64,000 bases of DNA from a virus. The stretch lies in IMG/VR virus record IMGVR_UViG_3300010048_000001, positions 1-64,000 of that record; one strand, written 5' to 3'. The notes beneath the pieces are model-generated. The model ran no database searches. It saw only the letters and a program-made list of their open reading frames with translations, and was not told the origin of the DNA. Position numbers and translations under genes: made by a program. This document shows, in pieces, positions 1 through 10,310 of this stretch (positions are counted from its first letter, which is position 1; each line of letters opens with the position of its first letter).

Positions 1-1617
1 GATGAGCCCGGCGGCCGACTTGCCGCCGAGCACTAAGCCCGAGCCGCCGCCGCCCGTGTTCCACCATCCCATCTGACACTTTTCAAACCGCGTGTTGAAG
101 ACGAACGCCGGACGAAAAGCCCCGATCGTCCCCGAGGCCACGGTCTGGGACACCGAGACGGTAAAGGTGTTGGCGCCGCCGATCGCCGTGATAAACGTGT
201 CTGAGGCGATTGCCGGGCCGCCAGATACTTGGCTGAGATAGTTGCCGACCTGTAGGCCCGGGCTACCCGAGGTCGTCAGAGTGGTCCCTGAGATCGCCCC
301 CGTGAAATTGCCCACGACAAACAAGCCGTCGCCGAGCGCTGCATTTCCGATGTTTTCAAACTGGCATTCGATGAACTCGCAGTCGTAAACGACTGCCCCG
401 GTGTTGAACGAATTGGTCGGGCCGAATCCGATCGAGGCGACATACGCTGGAGTCCACGGCTCCTTATAGATGCCGAACGGCTGTGCATCGAAAATGGACT
501 TCATGGCAACGCTGGTGACGATGCTCACCGCGGGCGCCACGGCCCAACCCGCCATATTATTCTGCGAGAAGGAGCAGCGCTCGATCACCATGTCGCCAAA
601 TTCTTGCGTACTCTGCTGCCAATAGGCTCCGTAGAAGTTAGACTGAAAGTTGCATAGCTGCCATTCGGTCTGACCGCCCACGACGTTCATGCCAGCATAA
701 AATCCGGTCGACGAAATACGGAACAGATTCGTCTTGTCGCAAGTATAGAGGCCGATCATGCTGGCCGTTGACACTCCTATTGTTGATCCGACGCCAGGCC
801 CATTCAGCCAAATATCTTGTATGTATCCGAAGTTTGAGGTGAACGTATCATCGGTGTTGCCGCACGTCAGACCTGATCGGCGCCCGGAGGGGTTGCCAAT
901 ATCGGTAAAGTCCGCCGTCATCGACGTGCTGCCAACCGTCTGTGAAATGTTGACCTTGTACGTGCCTGCGCCGTTGGCTGTCCCGGTTAACTGCTGGATG
1001 ATCTTGGTATGTGAAGCCGTACCGCCGCGGACCCACATGCCGGGAATGATCGGATGGGTTGGGGCGGAGACCGTCAGCGTCGTTGTCGAGATCGATCCAG
1101 TAAACACCGCGGCTGAGGGCTGCCCGAGATCAGTTGGCCAGGAAAGCTCCGAAGCGGCATTAAACGAGCCGCCCCATCTGCCGCCGCTTCCGAGAATATT
1201 GACCGTATTGCCAACCGTCAGTGAGTAGTCGCCGACGTGCAAAGTGCCGGAACCATCAAGCGGACTGCTACTATTGGACATATTGAAGATGCCGTAAGGA
1301 ACAAATACCGTGCCCCCTCCGGCCGCATCGGCAGCATTAAACGCGGCCTGAAACGCAAGCCAGTTGATCTCATTGGTCAAAGCGGTGGCAAACGGATAAG
1401 CAACCTGAAGAGCGGCGAGACTGCCATACACCCCCGATGCCGGGTGGCTCGCTCCATCGCCGATGGCGCCGAACGCAACGACATTGAAATAAGTAGTGAA
1501 ATTGAGATCGGGATTGAATGCTCCGCCAGGGTGGAACGGCCAAGTCGCCAGCGCCGGCTTCGCGACTAGCGCGGCAGTGCTACCCGCCATACTCCGGAGA
1601 AGATTGCGGCGGTTCAT
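1..1617 (-). CDS. Tat-signal tailspike-like right-handed beta-helix protein (partial, runs off window; absent from the ORF track)
   Basis: Manual translation is open from ATG 1617 to position 1 (539 codons). N-term MNRRNLLRSMAGSTAALVAKPALA; pectate-lyase-3-like cap FNVVAFGAIGDG...AFQAAFNAADAAGGGTVFVPYG; two inserted FTG(S/A)IS(T/G)TTLT...SQTV virion-type beta domains. Start overlaps the stop of the upstream gene (TGATG). Confidence 0.8.
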   Translation of the reverse strand, partial: MNRRNLLRSMAGSTAALVAKPALATWPFHPGGAFNPDLNFTTYFNVVAFGAIGDGASHPASGVYGSLAALQVAYPFATALTNEINWLAFQAAFNAADAAGGGTVFVPYGIFNMSNSSSPLDGSGTLHVGDYSLTVGNTVNILGSGGRWGGSFNAASELSWPTDLGQPSAAVFTGSISTTTLTVSAPTHPIIPGMWVRGGTASHTKIIQQLTGTANGAGTYKVNISQTVGSTSMTADFTDIGNPSGRRSGLTCGNTDDTFTSNFGYIQDIWLNGPGVGSTIGVSTASMIGLYTCDKTNLFRISSTGFYAGMNVVGGQTEWQLCNFQSNFYGAYWQQSTQEFGDMVIERCSFSQNNMAGWAVAPAVSIVTSVAMKSIFDAQPFGIYKEPWTPAYVASIGFGPTNSFNTGAVVYDCEFIECQFENIGNAALGDGLFVVGNFTGAISGTTLTTSGSPGLQVGNYLSQVSGGPAIASDTFITAIGGANTFTVSVSQTVASGTIGAFRPAFVFNTRFEKCQMGWWNTGGGGSGLVLGGKSAAGLI

Positions 1618-2918
1618 CACTGGCGACCCGACAACGTGCATTGTCCCGAAAGGGTGTCGGAACCCGTAGAATTTCTTAGTCGGATGCCCACAATCGCCCC
1701 CGTAGCCCCAAAATAATAAGAAGTCCCATGCACGATCCACAAATTCCCCGAGCCATCAGTTCCTGTTAATTCCCACGTAATCGGCTTCACCGCCGTGGTA
1801 GACCCTGCCCCATCTATATCAAGACGTAAATTAGCGGGAACCGTTGTGCTCGTCGGACTGAACCCCGCTGAAAAAATGTCTGTTGCCGTGGCGTTGTTTA
1901 GCCCTCCTGGGGCGGCACCCGCTCCTCGCCCTGAGCCCTGAAAATACGCGGCGACAAGATAATTGGCGTTCTGGAACGAGGCGCCGATTTCTACCTCACC
2001 GACCAGCTGGTCATTGCTAACAGACACCAGCAAACCCGTACAGTTTAGATGATAGGTTTTATAGGCTGAGGTCAGGCCAGTGACAGTAATGACTTGGCCG
2101 GAGGCCGCCGTCGTCGAGAGGAATGTCTCCGCGGTCGTGCCCGCGGCGACAGCATTGCACACTCCCGCAGAGCAATTAATCGTTGTTCCATCACCGCGCA
2201 TTATGCCTTGCGTGACATTCGTGGCGGCAGTCGAAGAGACTCCCTGCATTTCAAACGCATAAGAAGCTGGTGATGTCGTGTTATCCACGTCCACTGTTAC
2301 CGACGCTGCCGCCGGAACATTTAGGGTGGGGCCGCCGCCGCCCGGACCACCTAAAAATAGCGCGGCGCCACCAGTCGTTTGCACCGTGAAGCCGTTAGTC
2401 CCATCGCCTGTGAACTGATACGTCGTGCCCTGAGTTATCGCGAGAGGGTTAGGCAGCACCACCACACAGCCGGGGCTCGTGCATTTGACGAGCCTCCCAG
2501 AGTCCGCGCTGACGACGTTGTAAGTGCCGGAAACCGAATTTATGCATAACTGACTGTTGAGAGTCCCCGTGACGGTGATCGACTGCGATGTGCCGTTGCA
2601 GGTCCCTATCGTAGTACTCAAACCTGGCGGAAGCCCGATGGCAATGTTGCTGCTGATAACACCGCCTGATGTTGAGAGGGCCACCCCGTCGCCTTTTGCT
2701 CTCCCTGCAGCCCCAGAGCTCGCCAGCGGTACGAGCTGGTTCCCCGGGGCCTGCTTGCTGGTGCCGCCCTGAATCACCGGAACATTGTCGCCGGAACCGA
2801 GTGGCAGCGTTGCCGAGGGCAGGCTTGGCACAAAAACATTAAACCCCTCCGGCGTCACCTGAGCGTCAGCGTGAACCGCTGACAGCATCAAGACGAGGAT
2901 AAGAAAGAGACGTTTCAT
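1617..2918 (-). CDS. Sec-signal fibre-like protein
   Basis: Signal MKRLFLILVLMLSAVHADA; fibre-type segments (TYNVVSADSGRLV...VVLP; C-terminal TGLTSAYKTYHL...AIVGIRL...SGQCTLSG); 8 Cys. Confidence 0.7.
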   Translation of the reverse strand: MKRLFLILVLMLSAVHADAQVTPEGFNVFVPSLPSATLPLGSGDNVPVIQGGTSKQAPGNQLVPLASSGAAGRAKGDGVALSTSGGVISSNIAIGLPPGLSTTIGTCNGTSQSITVTGTLNSQLCINSVSGTYNVVSADSGRLVKCTSPGCVVVLPNPLAITQGTTYQFTGDGTNGFTVQTTGGAALFLGGPGGGGPTLNVPAAASVTVDVDNTTSPASYAFEMQGVSSTAATNVTQGIMRGDGTTINCSAGVCNAVAAGTTAETFLSTTAASGQVITVTGLTSAYKTYHLNCTGLLVSVSNDQLVGEVEIGASFQNANYLVAAYFQGSGRGAGAAPGGLNNATATDIFSAGFSPTSTTVPANLRLDIDGAGSTTAVKPITWELTGTDGSGNLWIVHGTSYYFGATGAIVGIRLRNSTGSDTLSGQCTLSGRQ

Positions 2919-3091
2919 TGTGGCGCCAGATAGTGAGCGCCGGAATCATCGGTGAGCGCAATGCTGCGGGAATCGTTGCCAAGAACCAACAACAGCAGCC
3001 CGCTAGCCCCCCCGCTGGGCGACAGCAAACGAGCCGATGCCGTGAAAGAGAATAGGATCATCGCTAGAGCGACAATAATTCTAGCCCGCAT
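2915..3091 (-). CDS. small secreted peptide (58 aa; absent from the ORF track)
   Basis: MRARIIVALAMILFSFTASA|RLLSPSGGASGLLLLVLGNDSRSIALTDDSGAHYLAPQ; the stop overlaps the next start (ATGA) and the ORF fills the gap in the operon. Confidence 0.7.
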   Translation of the reverse strand: MRARIIVALAMILFSFTASARLLSPSGGASGLLLLVLGNDSRSIALTDDSGAHYLAPQ

Positions 3092-3109
3092 GCTCTGTAT
3101 CCCCCGATG

Positions 3110-4174
3110 TCAACTGAACACCCATACGCCAAGCTGCGAAGCTCCGGCGCTAACTGTCATGCCGGCCGCAGTGACGCTGATATTGTAGGTAGTCTGAGTC
3201 ACGGCAGTCAGTGGCTTGGCGATCACAACGTTCCGGGTGGGGCCCGACCCGGATAAGGCCAGCTCGCCGGAGCCACCGGTAAAATTAAACGCCCCCGTAA
3301 AGGGCGAGCCGTCCGACATCACCACAGAGATGGTCGACACAACGGCCCCGATGGGAGATGAGGTCGTCAGGTCCTGTCTAAGATTCGGCGAGAAGTTAAC
3401 CTCGATCGGGATGGGACCTACCGGCACCGTTGCCCCGGCGAGATACCAGTCGAAATTAAGGTAGGCATACCATTGCAGGTTGGTGATCATCTGCGCGAAT
3501 AAGGTACCCTGCGCCGACGTGGCCATCTGCACGACATCAGAGGGCCTAACCGCAATCGTCACGCCGTTAAGATTGGGCGAATAAGCCGAAGCACTAGGCG
3601 TACCAAAAGTCCATACCCCATCCAGGGTAGTCAGAGAACCGACGTTCCTGGGGATGGCATTGCCATCCGGCGAGGGCGTATAAGGAGGGTTAAAGGTAGT
3701 GGGCGGGGCCGGCGAGGTTACCACTAAAGAAGGATCTATAAACGGAGATCCGACAAAGAACGCGTCAGCGTCATAGCCCACGTACTGGAACCACCACCGA
3801 TCATTCTCCGTTGTTAAGAAGAAAACATTGCCCCCAAAGTCGATGCGAATCGCTTGCGCGAAAGGCACACGAGGGCCAATGGTTTTCCCATTCAATTTGA
3901 CGTAGTTAAACGTCCCAAATGGACCCGGCGGACCAGCCCCGGTCGGCAGGACGATAGCAGGGCCGAAAGTCCACATCCCAAACCCGTTAACGACATTCCC
4001 CATCAGGCTATTGAGCGTATCGATTTGCGTGCCATCCGGTGATGGGACTAACACCATTGGGGCTACAGCACCCAAAGGGGGCAGAAGGCGTGCGCTAGCA
4101 GGCAGCGGAACTAGGAACGGCGCTGCAGCAGCGGCGGCTCCTTTCATGACGGATCGACGTGACGCCTTAATCAC
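3110..4174 (-). CDS. Tat-signal beta-rich protein with two internal repeats and a C-terminal cadherin/Ig-like domain
   Basis: MIKASRRSVMKGAAAAAAPFLVPLPASA; repeats PSPDG...G(M/V)WTFG...LNG; C-term IGAVVSTISVVMSDGSPFTG...YNISVTA. Confidence 0.7.
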   Translation of the reverse strand: MIKASRRSVMKGAAAAAAPFLVPLPASARLLPPLGAVAPMVLVPSPDGTQIDTLNSLMGNVVNGFGMWTFGPAIVLPTGAGPPGPFGTFNYVKLNGKTIGPRVPFAQAIRIDFGGNVFFLTTENDRWWFQYVGYDADAFFVGSPFIDPSLVVTSPAPPTTFNPPYTPSPDGNAIPRNVGSLTTLDGVWTFGTPSASAYSPNLNGVTIAVRPSDVVQMATSAQGTLFAQMITNLQWYAYLNFDWYLAGATVPVGPIPIEVNFSPNLRQDLTTSSPIGAVVSTISVVMSDGSPFTGAFNFTGGSGELALSGSGPTRNVVIAKPLTAVTQTTYNISVTAAGMTVSAGASQLGVWVFS

Positions 4175-7100
4175 GGGACGAAGACCTGGCTACTGTGCAC
4201 CGAGTTCCCGGCCATATCTTTCGCCACCGCAATCACGTACATGCTTTGGTTCGCGGGGCAATCGTGGATCGTTACTGAGTGCGAAGTCGGATAAGTGAGC
4301 GGTGCCACACTGACCCCCGCCGTCTCTATATCCGAGAATACCGGATATTGAACCGTCTGACCCTGCTGTGACGCCGACCCGGCGGCGGCGAAACCGATAC
4401 ACGGCTTACTGGTGCTCCAAACCACATTTATGGCTGTTGGGGACATACGTGTGGCCGTCATGCTGGTTATGGTCGGGAAATTCCCGGTGTCCGGGTCATC
4501 CGGCCCGGGTACTACGTTATTCAGCCCATTGGCTGAGCCCGCAACGGTATTGATCCGGATGAAGTAGATCAAATCTCGCATGTCGTTGCCGGAAATCTCC
4601 GGCCGCGGCGTGGACCCAGCCATCCCGCTCTGGATAAAGGCCGCCAGAGCCGCATCGGTCGGATAGGTTATGATCATCTCATCAAAAGAACTGGCTCCCG
4701 CAAACCGACCCTGATTGCCGAGCAGCCCATTCCCAGTGTCGCCATGAATGGCCTGGAAGGAGGGGCGGATATTGAACGGGAAAGGTCGCGGATAGCCTGG
4801 AGGCACTGGGTGCAGGCCATTCGGCATGCCATTTGTGCCGGCACCCCGGCCGGAAACAGTTCCTGTGTACCAGATCGAATACCCGGAGATCATGACATCT
4901 GTTGAAAGATTGGCCCCCGGGCTAGTGCCGGGCCCTATCCTTGGATCATTGGGCTGGTATGGGCGCACCTCGTGTAGCCCGCGATCCGAAACACCAGCAA
5001 AAATCGCACGGCCCTGCGTATTCCCTACCGCCACCGCCCACGGATAATGCCCCCATCCGTGGTAAAACCAAGTCGTGTCGCCGGACTGGTGCATTTCTCC
5101 CTGAATGCCGAAGGCGCCGCCGATCGCACCTATAAAGCCAGTTGTGCCGCCCCCGATGGGCAACGTCGCATAATTCTCAGCGCCACCTTCAATAGTTAAA
5201 GACTGAGCCAGATAAATTTGATCGACAGGGCCAAATGCACCCTGCGCGTCGACCGCCATCCACGCCCAGGCATCACCAACAACAACCTGATTTTGTCCCT
5301 CGAAATACCCGATATGAGTGACCGTGGAGCTGGCGAAGTTGACGCGCCGCACCTGAACATTCTCATTCTGAAGAATGAGGATATCCCCAGTGGAGGTAAA
5401 CCGGATCGTAAACGGATAAGGGATAAACGAAGTGGGGGATGGCCCGGCAAAGCTCGAGAACGGCAGATTCCCGGAGTTGGGGCTATAGGTATTGGGCGAG
5501 CCCTCAAAGGTTGGGCGAGACGGCCTGGCCGGCTGATACCCAAGGAATGTCGTCACTGCGCCCGCAACGCCTGCGCTCGGCGATGCGATCTTGCGGATTA
5601 CACAGTTGTTCGTATCGGCAACATACATCACGCCCGCTGGGTCCGGGCCGTGCACCCCGTCTGTCATAATGATGCTATTGGGATGATCGAACTGTGCCAA
5701 CGTAGCAGTGGCGCTATCGAGATAGCCAGGCTCTCCGGTGCCAGCATAGGGAGTAATGGTTGCAGGTATGGCGGGGAAACCTGACTTGTCGACTTTATGG
5801 ATGATACAGTCGCCCTGTAGACACACATAAATGATGTCAGCATTTCTTGGGTCAAAACACAGGTCTATTGCTGTGCCGAGGTCTTCAGCTCCTCCCGTAA
5901 AGTTGCCCACCAGGATCTGCCTAGTTCGATACATATCCTCTGTGGAGGGGTTTCCACCCTTTACTGGCCCAAAAGCTAATTTAGAGTAATCTTTTGTAAA
6001 CCCGGCGATAGTCGTGATCGTGCCATCGTAATCTGCCCGGAACAGCCGCCCCTGGAGTTCAACGCCGTACCAAGCCGCATCGTTTGGCTCCGGCATAAGA
6101 TTGATGATGCTAGAGACAAGGTTGACATTCCTACCACCGTCAGATGGATTAAGGGCTAGATTCACGAAGTAGGTGCTATCGGAAGAGGATGTGCCAGTAA
6201 CGCCGCCCCCATCCTCGACGCTGACGGGCAGTATGTAGACCCCGCCCTCAACACCACTCCCGGTTTGCAGAGGAGACAGCGTAGCCCATACCGGATCGGA
6301 TGCATACTCAGATGTGGTAGGATTCGTAATGCTTTGCTGAAAATATGGGCCCGTAGCATTGGCTGGCGTTGGGGCCATCACGCCGGCTTGCGGCGGAACG
6401 AACGCGTTATTCGCCGTGAGTGGGACAGCCGTATTTTGCGGGGTTCCGCCACCGCCTGGATAATGCACATAGTCAGGGCGATTGGAATACAAGACACGGC
6501 GTATATGGTCGCCCGCAGTGGCGGGCACAGTCTGTGGGCCGGTGCTAAATCCCATGTTGTGGACGACGATCGGCGAGCCGAAACATCGATAGGAATATGC
6601 TTGATCTGCCGTCTGATCAGTAAATTTCATCCAGACCATGTGCGTGCCGTCGGGCACGGTGGTCGTATCCCAAGTGATCGGCAACGGGGGTGCCCCGGAG
6701 GTAAACACGCCTGTCGCGCTAACCTGCGGGCCCACAGGGTTCTCATCAACATACCACTGACCCGTTAGCGTCCCTGAATTCGAGGTTCCATTAAAACCGT
6801 AGATCCAACTGTTCGTCAGCTGCAGCGTGATAGTCCCTACGGCTTGTAGGGGGGTTCCCGGGGTGGCGGCCCATTCGGTATCTCCGTCAAATGGATAGGT
6901 CGTCCCCTGAATAGTAGTCACCATCCCCGGAGGAACGACATTCAGCGTCAAATTCCCCGATACGTTTACAGAGTTCTCCGAGGCCTGCACCGAGATCGTT
7001 AAGTTGGTCCCATCATCCGCCCCAGTAAAATTGTGAGCCGGGACCACCTCGTTCCCTGATAAGACTACTCGACCTCCGGCATTTACCAAGAGCGATGTGG

Positions 7101-7341
7101 TTCCGCCGAATGCCAAACCATCACTGGTCGACACACTGACCGTGCTGATAATCGTACTGGTGGTTATGTTATCGAATACGGTGAGCGGCCCCGCGGGACT
7201 ATAATTGACCGCCAGTGGCGTCTGCGGTGAGGTCGCATTCACCGCCGCACTTGGCATAAATAGCCGTGCGAATGCAGGCTTAACTGCCGCCGCCAGGGCC
7301 CCGGATAGCCACCCGAGAATAGAACGCCGAGAAGGCCGCAT
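4171..7341 (-). CDS. Tat-signal multidomain protein (cadherin/Ig-like, NHL beta-propeller, C-terminal FN3-like)
   Basis: MRPSRRSILGWLSGALAAAVKPAFA; NHL-like YAGTGEPGYLD...AQFDHPNSI...MYVADTNNCVIRKI; Ig-like ITWDTTTVPDGTH; C-term YVIAVAKDMAGN. Confidence 0.75.
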   Translation of the reverse strand: MRPSRRSILGWLSGALAAAVKPAFARLFMPSAAVNATSPQTPLAVNYSPAGPLTVFDNITTSTIISTVSVSTSDGLAFGGTTSLLVNAGGRVVLSGNEVVPAHNFTGADDGTNLTISVQASENSVNVSGNLTLNVVPPGMVTTIQGTTYPFDGDTEWAATPGTPLQAVGTITLQLTNSWIYGFNGTSNSGTLTGQWYVDENPVGPQVSATGVFTSGAPPLPITWDTTTVPDGTHMVWMKFTDQTADQAYSYRCFGSPIVVHNMGFSTGPQTVPATAGDHIRRVLYSNRPDYVHYPGGGGTPQNTAVPLTANNAFVPPQAGVMAPTPANATGPYFQQSITNPTTSEYASDPVWATLSPLQTGSGVEGGVYILPVSVEDGGGVTGTSSSDSTYFVNLALNPSDGGRNVNLVSSIINLMPEPNDAAWYGVELQGRLFRADYDGTITTIAGFTKDYSKLAFGPVKGGNPSTEDMYRTRQILVGNFTGGAEDLGTAIDLCFDPRNADIIYVCLQGDCIIHKVDKSGFPAIPATITPYAGTGEPGYLDSATATLAQFDHPNSIIMTDGVHGPDPAGVMYVADTNNCVIRKIASPSAGVAGAVTTFLGYQPARPSRPTFEGSPNTYSPNSGNLPFSSFAGPSPTSFIPYPFTIRFTSTGDILILQNENVQVRRVNFASSTVTHIGYFEGQNQVVVGDAWAWMAVDAQGAFGPVDQIYLAQSLTIEGGAENYATLPIGGGTTGFIGAIGGAFGIQGEMHQSGDTTWFYHGWGHYPWAVAVGNTQGRAIFAGVSDRGLHEVRPYQPNDPRIGPGTSPGANLSTDVMISGYSIWYTGTVSGRGAGTNGMPNGLHPVPPGYPRPFPFNIRPSFQAIHGDTGNGLLGNQGRFAGASSFDEMIITYPTDAALAAFIQSGMAGSTPRPEISGNDMRDLIYFIRINTVAGSANGLNNVVPGPDDPDTGNFPTITSMTATRMSPTAINVVWSTSKPCIGFAAAGSASQQGQTVQYPVFSDIETAGVSVAPLTYPTSHSVTIHDCPANQSMYVIAVAKDMAGNSVHSSQVFVP

Positions 7342-8115
7342 TCAATGATCCCATGCGGTAAACCCGGATGAGATCGCCGCCATAAACGCGTGGCCGCTGG
7401 TCACAACGCCGGGGTTCAATACACATTGATCGGCGCCAGGAGTATTCCCCGGGGTTTGATTGTATGCTGAACAAGCGATCATCATCCCGCCCGTTGTGAT
7501 GAGCCCAGTTAGGTTCATCCCCCCCGTGTTAGTGGCGGGGTTGCCGGTGAAATTGTCGAGTGGCTCCGCGTAGCTCCATCCAGTGCCCGTCGTGGCGTCC
7601 TGCCACCACATCTTCTGATTATCAAGGTCTACCTCTATCGCCAGCCAATCGTTTACCGCAAACGTAAAATTCCAGAGACCAACCTGACTTCCATTAAAAT
7701 TACCAAGAATATTGCCAGACGTGCCGCTCCCCTGCATCTTCAGTCCGACATCCGAATTTGTCTGATATCCAATAGGATTCAGAAGATTGCTGGTATTATT
7801 AGTAACCCCCGTGACCCATCCACCACCGTTGTCGTAGGCCTTCACCTGAATCTCAAAATGCCACTTGCCAATAGTCTTGGCCGGGGAGGCAATGTTCGAG
7901 CGTATGGTATGCCAAGCGCCAACGATTGAGTTGGTTGTGGTGTCGTTCGCATAATTTGTCGTTGGCGTGGTAAAGCCGCCACCTTGATCGGCGGCGTTAA
8001 AAAATGTCGGACCCGTGCTGCCGCTAGGCGGTTTCTGCATTAAGAGGCCCGCGCTCGCGGAGAAGACCACGGTCAATACAGCCCACGCCGCGCCCCAAGC
8101 TAGCAAACGCTTCAT
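7342..8115 (-). CDS. Sec-signal SPRY/B30.2-like lectin-fold protein
   Basis: Signal MKRLLAWGAAWAVLTVVFSASA; GKWHFEI...WLAIEVDLDNQKMWW...SGFTAW pattern typical of phage SPRY-like domains. Confidence 0.65.
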   Translation of the reverse strand: MKRLLAWGAAWAVLTVVFSASAGLLMQKPPSGSTGPTFFNAADQGGGFTTPTTNYANDTTTNSIVGAWHTIRSNIASPAKTIGKWHFEIQVKAYDNGGGWVTGVTNNTSNLLNPIGYQTNSDVGLKMQGSGTSGNILGNFNGSQVGLWNFTFAVNDWLAIEVDLDNQKMWWQDATTGTGWSYAEPLDNFTGNPATNTGGMNLTGLITTGGMMIACSAYNQTPGNTPGADQCVLNPGVVTSGHAFMAAISSGFTAWDH

Positions 8116-8119
8116 GTGG

Positions 8120-9550
8120 CTACCTGTATGTGTACTGACACCGACCCGAGCCGGCGGTGGCCGAGCCCGATACCGTGCTGCCCACTGAATACGCCGCCGG
8201 CACCAAAAGTGGGCTCGAGGTCAGCGCGACGGTTTGCTCGACCCCAAGATTGGCATTCATATCGAACGGCGCGCTAGATATGGTCGTCCCGGCGCCGATG
8301 ACGCCCCCCGCGTCAGTCTGATATTTGAAGGTCATGGTTTGAGCCGCGCCGGCGAGCGTGTCATTTTTGCATTTTACTCCGTAAACCACACGCGGAGTTG
8401 CGAACCGGACGAATTCGATGCCGCCCGTATTCGTCGAAAGATCTATCCCCACCCCCCACGACAAAGGAGCATACTGGAGCGGCCCAAGAGGAGCGGTAAA
8501 TGCGGTAGCGCCAGTCACACCCGAGGTCTGAACCACCGTTGTGGTGTCGGCCGGGATAGTGATCGCGCCACCCGCCGAACCAGCCCCAACCTGTCCGCTA
8601 TTGATCACGTCTGTGCCGGTTGCCGACAACTGCACGGTAACATCACCGGTGGTTATTAGGATGTAGCCGTTGGGCGAAAGCCCAGACGCCGACGGCAGCG
8701 TCAACGTTTGACCGGCAGTCACATATCGATAATTGGTCCCGGTAGTCCAATCGGGCGTCGTTACGGAACCATTAAAATCAGTTTTAGTCGTCGACAGGGG
8801 GACGACCTGCATGACCCAGAAACTGGCGGTCCCATCAAGCTCAAAGCAAGTGCTTTGAACCTGTGCCGTGATATCGCCGCTGGTTAAGGCAACAAGGCCC
8901 GCTATCGTGTTCTTCCGTATTGGCAGAGCCGCGGCGGTCCCGACAGCTAAGGTGCTCGCTCCAGTATTGGTCGGAATGGTGGCCGGGAAAGTGCCGCATG
9001 CTCGATAATGAGCCGTGTTCGCGCTAACCGCGGGGGCTGGCGAGGCCATCGTATAGGCATTAGCTATCCCGCCGAATGCCCCGATGGACTCCACAGCCGT
9101 GGCGCTGCCCGCGGTCGCATTCAGAACCGTCCCGGCAAACGACAGATTGGTCCCGAGGGTAATCTCCGCGGGAGACGCCGGAGCTCCGGTCGGATTGCCC
9201 AGCAGAGTCAATCCAGTTTCATTTTGCAATTTCGCGTAGGTCACCGCGGCGGTGTTCAGCTTTGCTGTCGTTACCGCAAGGTTATTGATCGTCCCGACGC
9301 CGCTCGAATTTACCGTGAAATCGCCGGACATCTTTGTGAAGATATAAACGGAATTTTGTAGGGCTGTTCCGAGTACGAGCGGCTTGGAGAGCGATTGATC
9401 ACAACCCCCGACACTCTGGCACGCCACCAACTGTGTCGAGTCAGTCCATGCCGAAGCGCTGCCAAGGGTGTTCGCGGATTGTGGCGTAGCCTGCGCAAAT
9501 GCCGTCGCAGGGATACCAGCCAGGAATAGTGCTACGAGAGCTTTACGCAT
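8120..9550 (-). CDS. Sec-signal fibre-like protein
   Basis: Signal MRKALVALFLAGIPATAFA; phage fibre repeats AVTTAKL..AAVTYAKLQN, LLGNPTG..ASP.EITLGTNLSF, TLTLPSASGL; 6 Cys. Confidence 0.7.
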   Translation of the reverse strand: MRKALVALFLAGIPATAFAQATPQSANTLGSASAWTDSTQLVACQSVGGCDQSLSKPLVLGTALQNSVYIFTKMSGDFTVNSSGVGTINNLAVTTAKLNTAAVTYAKLQNETGLTLLGNPTGAPASPAEITLGTNLSFAGTVLNATAGSATAVESIGAFGGIANAYTMASPAPAVSANTAHYRACGTFPATIPTNTGASTLAVGTAAALPIRKNTIAGLVALTSGDITAQVQSTCFELDGTASFWVMQVVPLSTTKTDFNGSVTTPDWTTGTNYRYVTAGQTLTLPSASGLSPNGYILITTGDVTVQLSATGTDVINSGQVGAGSAGGAITIPADTTTVVQTSGVTGATAFTAPLGPLQYAPLSWGVGIDLSTNTGGIEFVRFATPRVVYGVKCKNDTLAGAAQTMTFKYQTDAGGVIGAGTTISSAPFDMNANLGVEQTVALTSSPLLVPAAYSVGSTVSGSATAGSGRCQYTYR

Positions 9551-9556
9551 ATCCTT

Positions 9557-10303
9557 TTACATCCCTGTGGCAAGGCAGTTGTTAGAGCTGCTGCTCCCTG
9601 TCGCGAGGCAGTTGGTGGCAGTGCTAAAGCCGGTCGCCAGCACATGGGGGCCGCCACCCCCACCGCCCGTGACCGACAGCACGTTACCGCTGAGAGTGAG
9701 ACCGGTACCCGCCGTGATGCAGGTGTAATTGGCGCCAGTCCCACCCAGCAGATTGCAGCTGGGAGGACTGCCCTGGGCGGTCAGCACATTACCGCTCAGG
9801 CTAAGACCGGTGCCTGCCGTGATACACGCGTAGCCGGAACCTGTGCCACCTAGCAGATTGCAGGTGGGAACCGCGCCACCCGTGACCGACAACACGTTGC
9901 CGCTGAGGGAAAGCCCCGTGCCCGCTGTAATGCAGGAGTAGTTAGATCCCGCCCCACCTAACAGATTGCAAGTGGGTATCGCCGCAGCCGTGGCCGTTAG
10001 CACGTTGCCGCTCAGGTTGAGGCCGGTGCCGGCTGTAATGCAGGTGAAGGAAGCCCCCGTCCCGCCAACTATGTTGCAGTTCGGAACCGAAGTAAGGAAG
10101 CTTGAGGCAGGCACGCCCACGGCCGAGCTAGCGGAGCTACTTGGCGCAGCCAATAACCGCAAGCCCGGGGAATAAGGCGGGCTGACGACCGGAGCAGTAT
10201 AAAGATATTGCTCGATCGGCTGGGTTTGCTGTTGCCCCCAAACCGCCGTCGGGAGTGCCAGCGCAACTAAGATGAGAAGCGCGCGAAACGCGGCAGCTGA
10301 CAT
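9557..10303 (-). CDS. Sec-signal Cys-repeat fibre-like protein
   Basis: Likely start ATG 10303 (MSAAAFRALLILVALALPTAVWG); four ~35-aa repeats P.CN(L/I)(L/V)GG.G..(Y/F).CITAGTGL.LSGNVL. Confidence 0.75.
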   Translation of the reverse strand: MSAAAFRALLILVALALPTAVWGQQQTQPIEQYLYTAPVVSPPYSPGLRLLAAPSSSASSAVGVPASSFLTSVPNCNIVGGTGASFTCITAGTGLNLSGNVLTATAAAIPTCNLLGGAGSNYSCITAGTGLSLSGNVLSVTGGAVPTCNLLGGTGSGYACITAGTGLSLSGNVLTAQGSPPSCNLLGGTGANYTCITAGTGLTLSGNVLSVTGGGGGGPHVLATGFSTATNCLATGSSSSNNCLATGM

Positions 10304-10310
10304 CAGCGCA

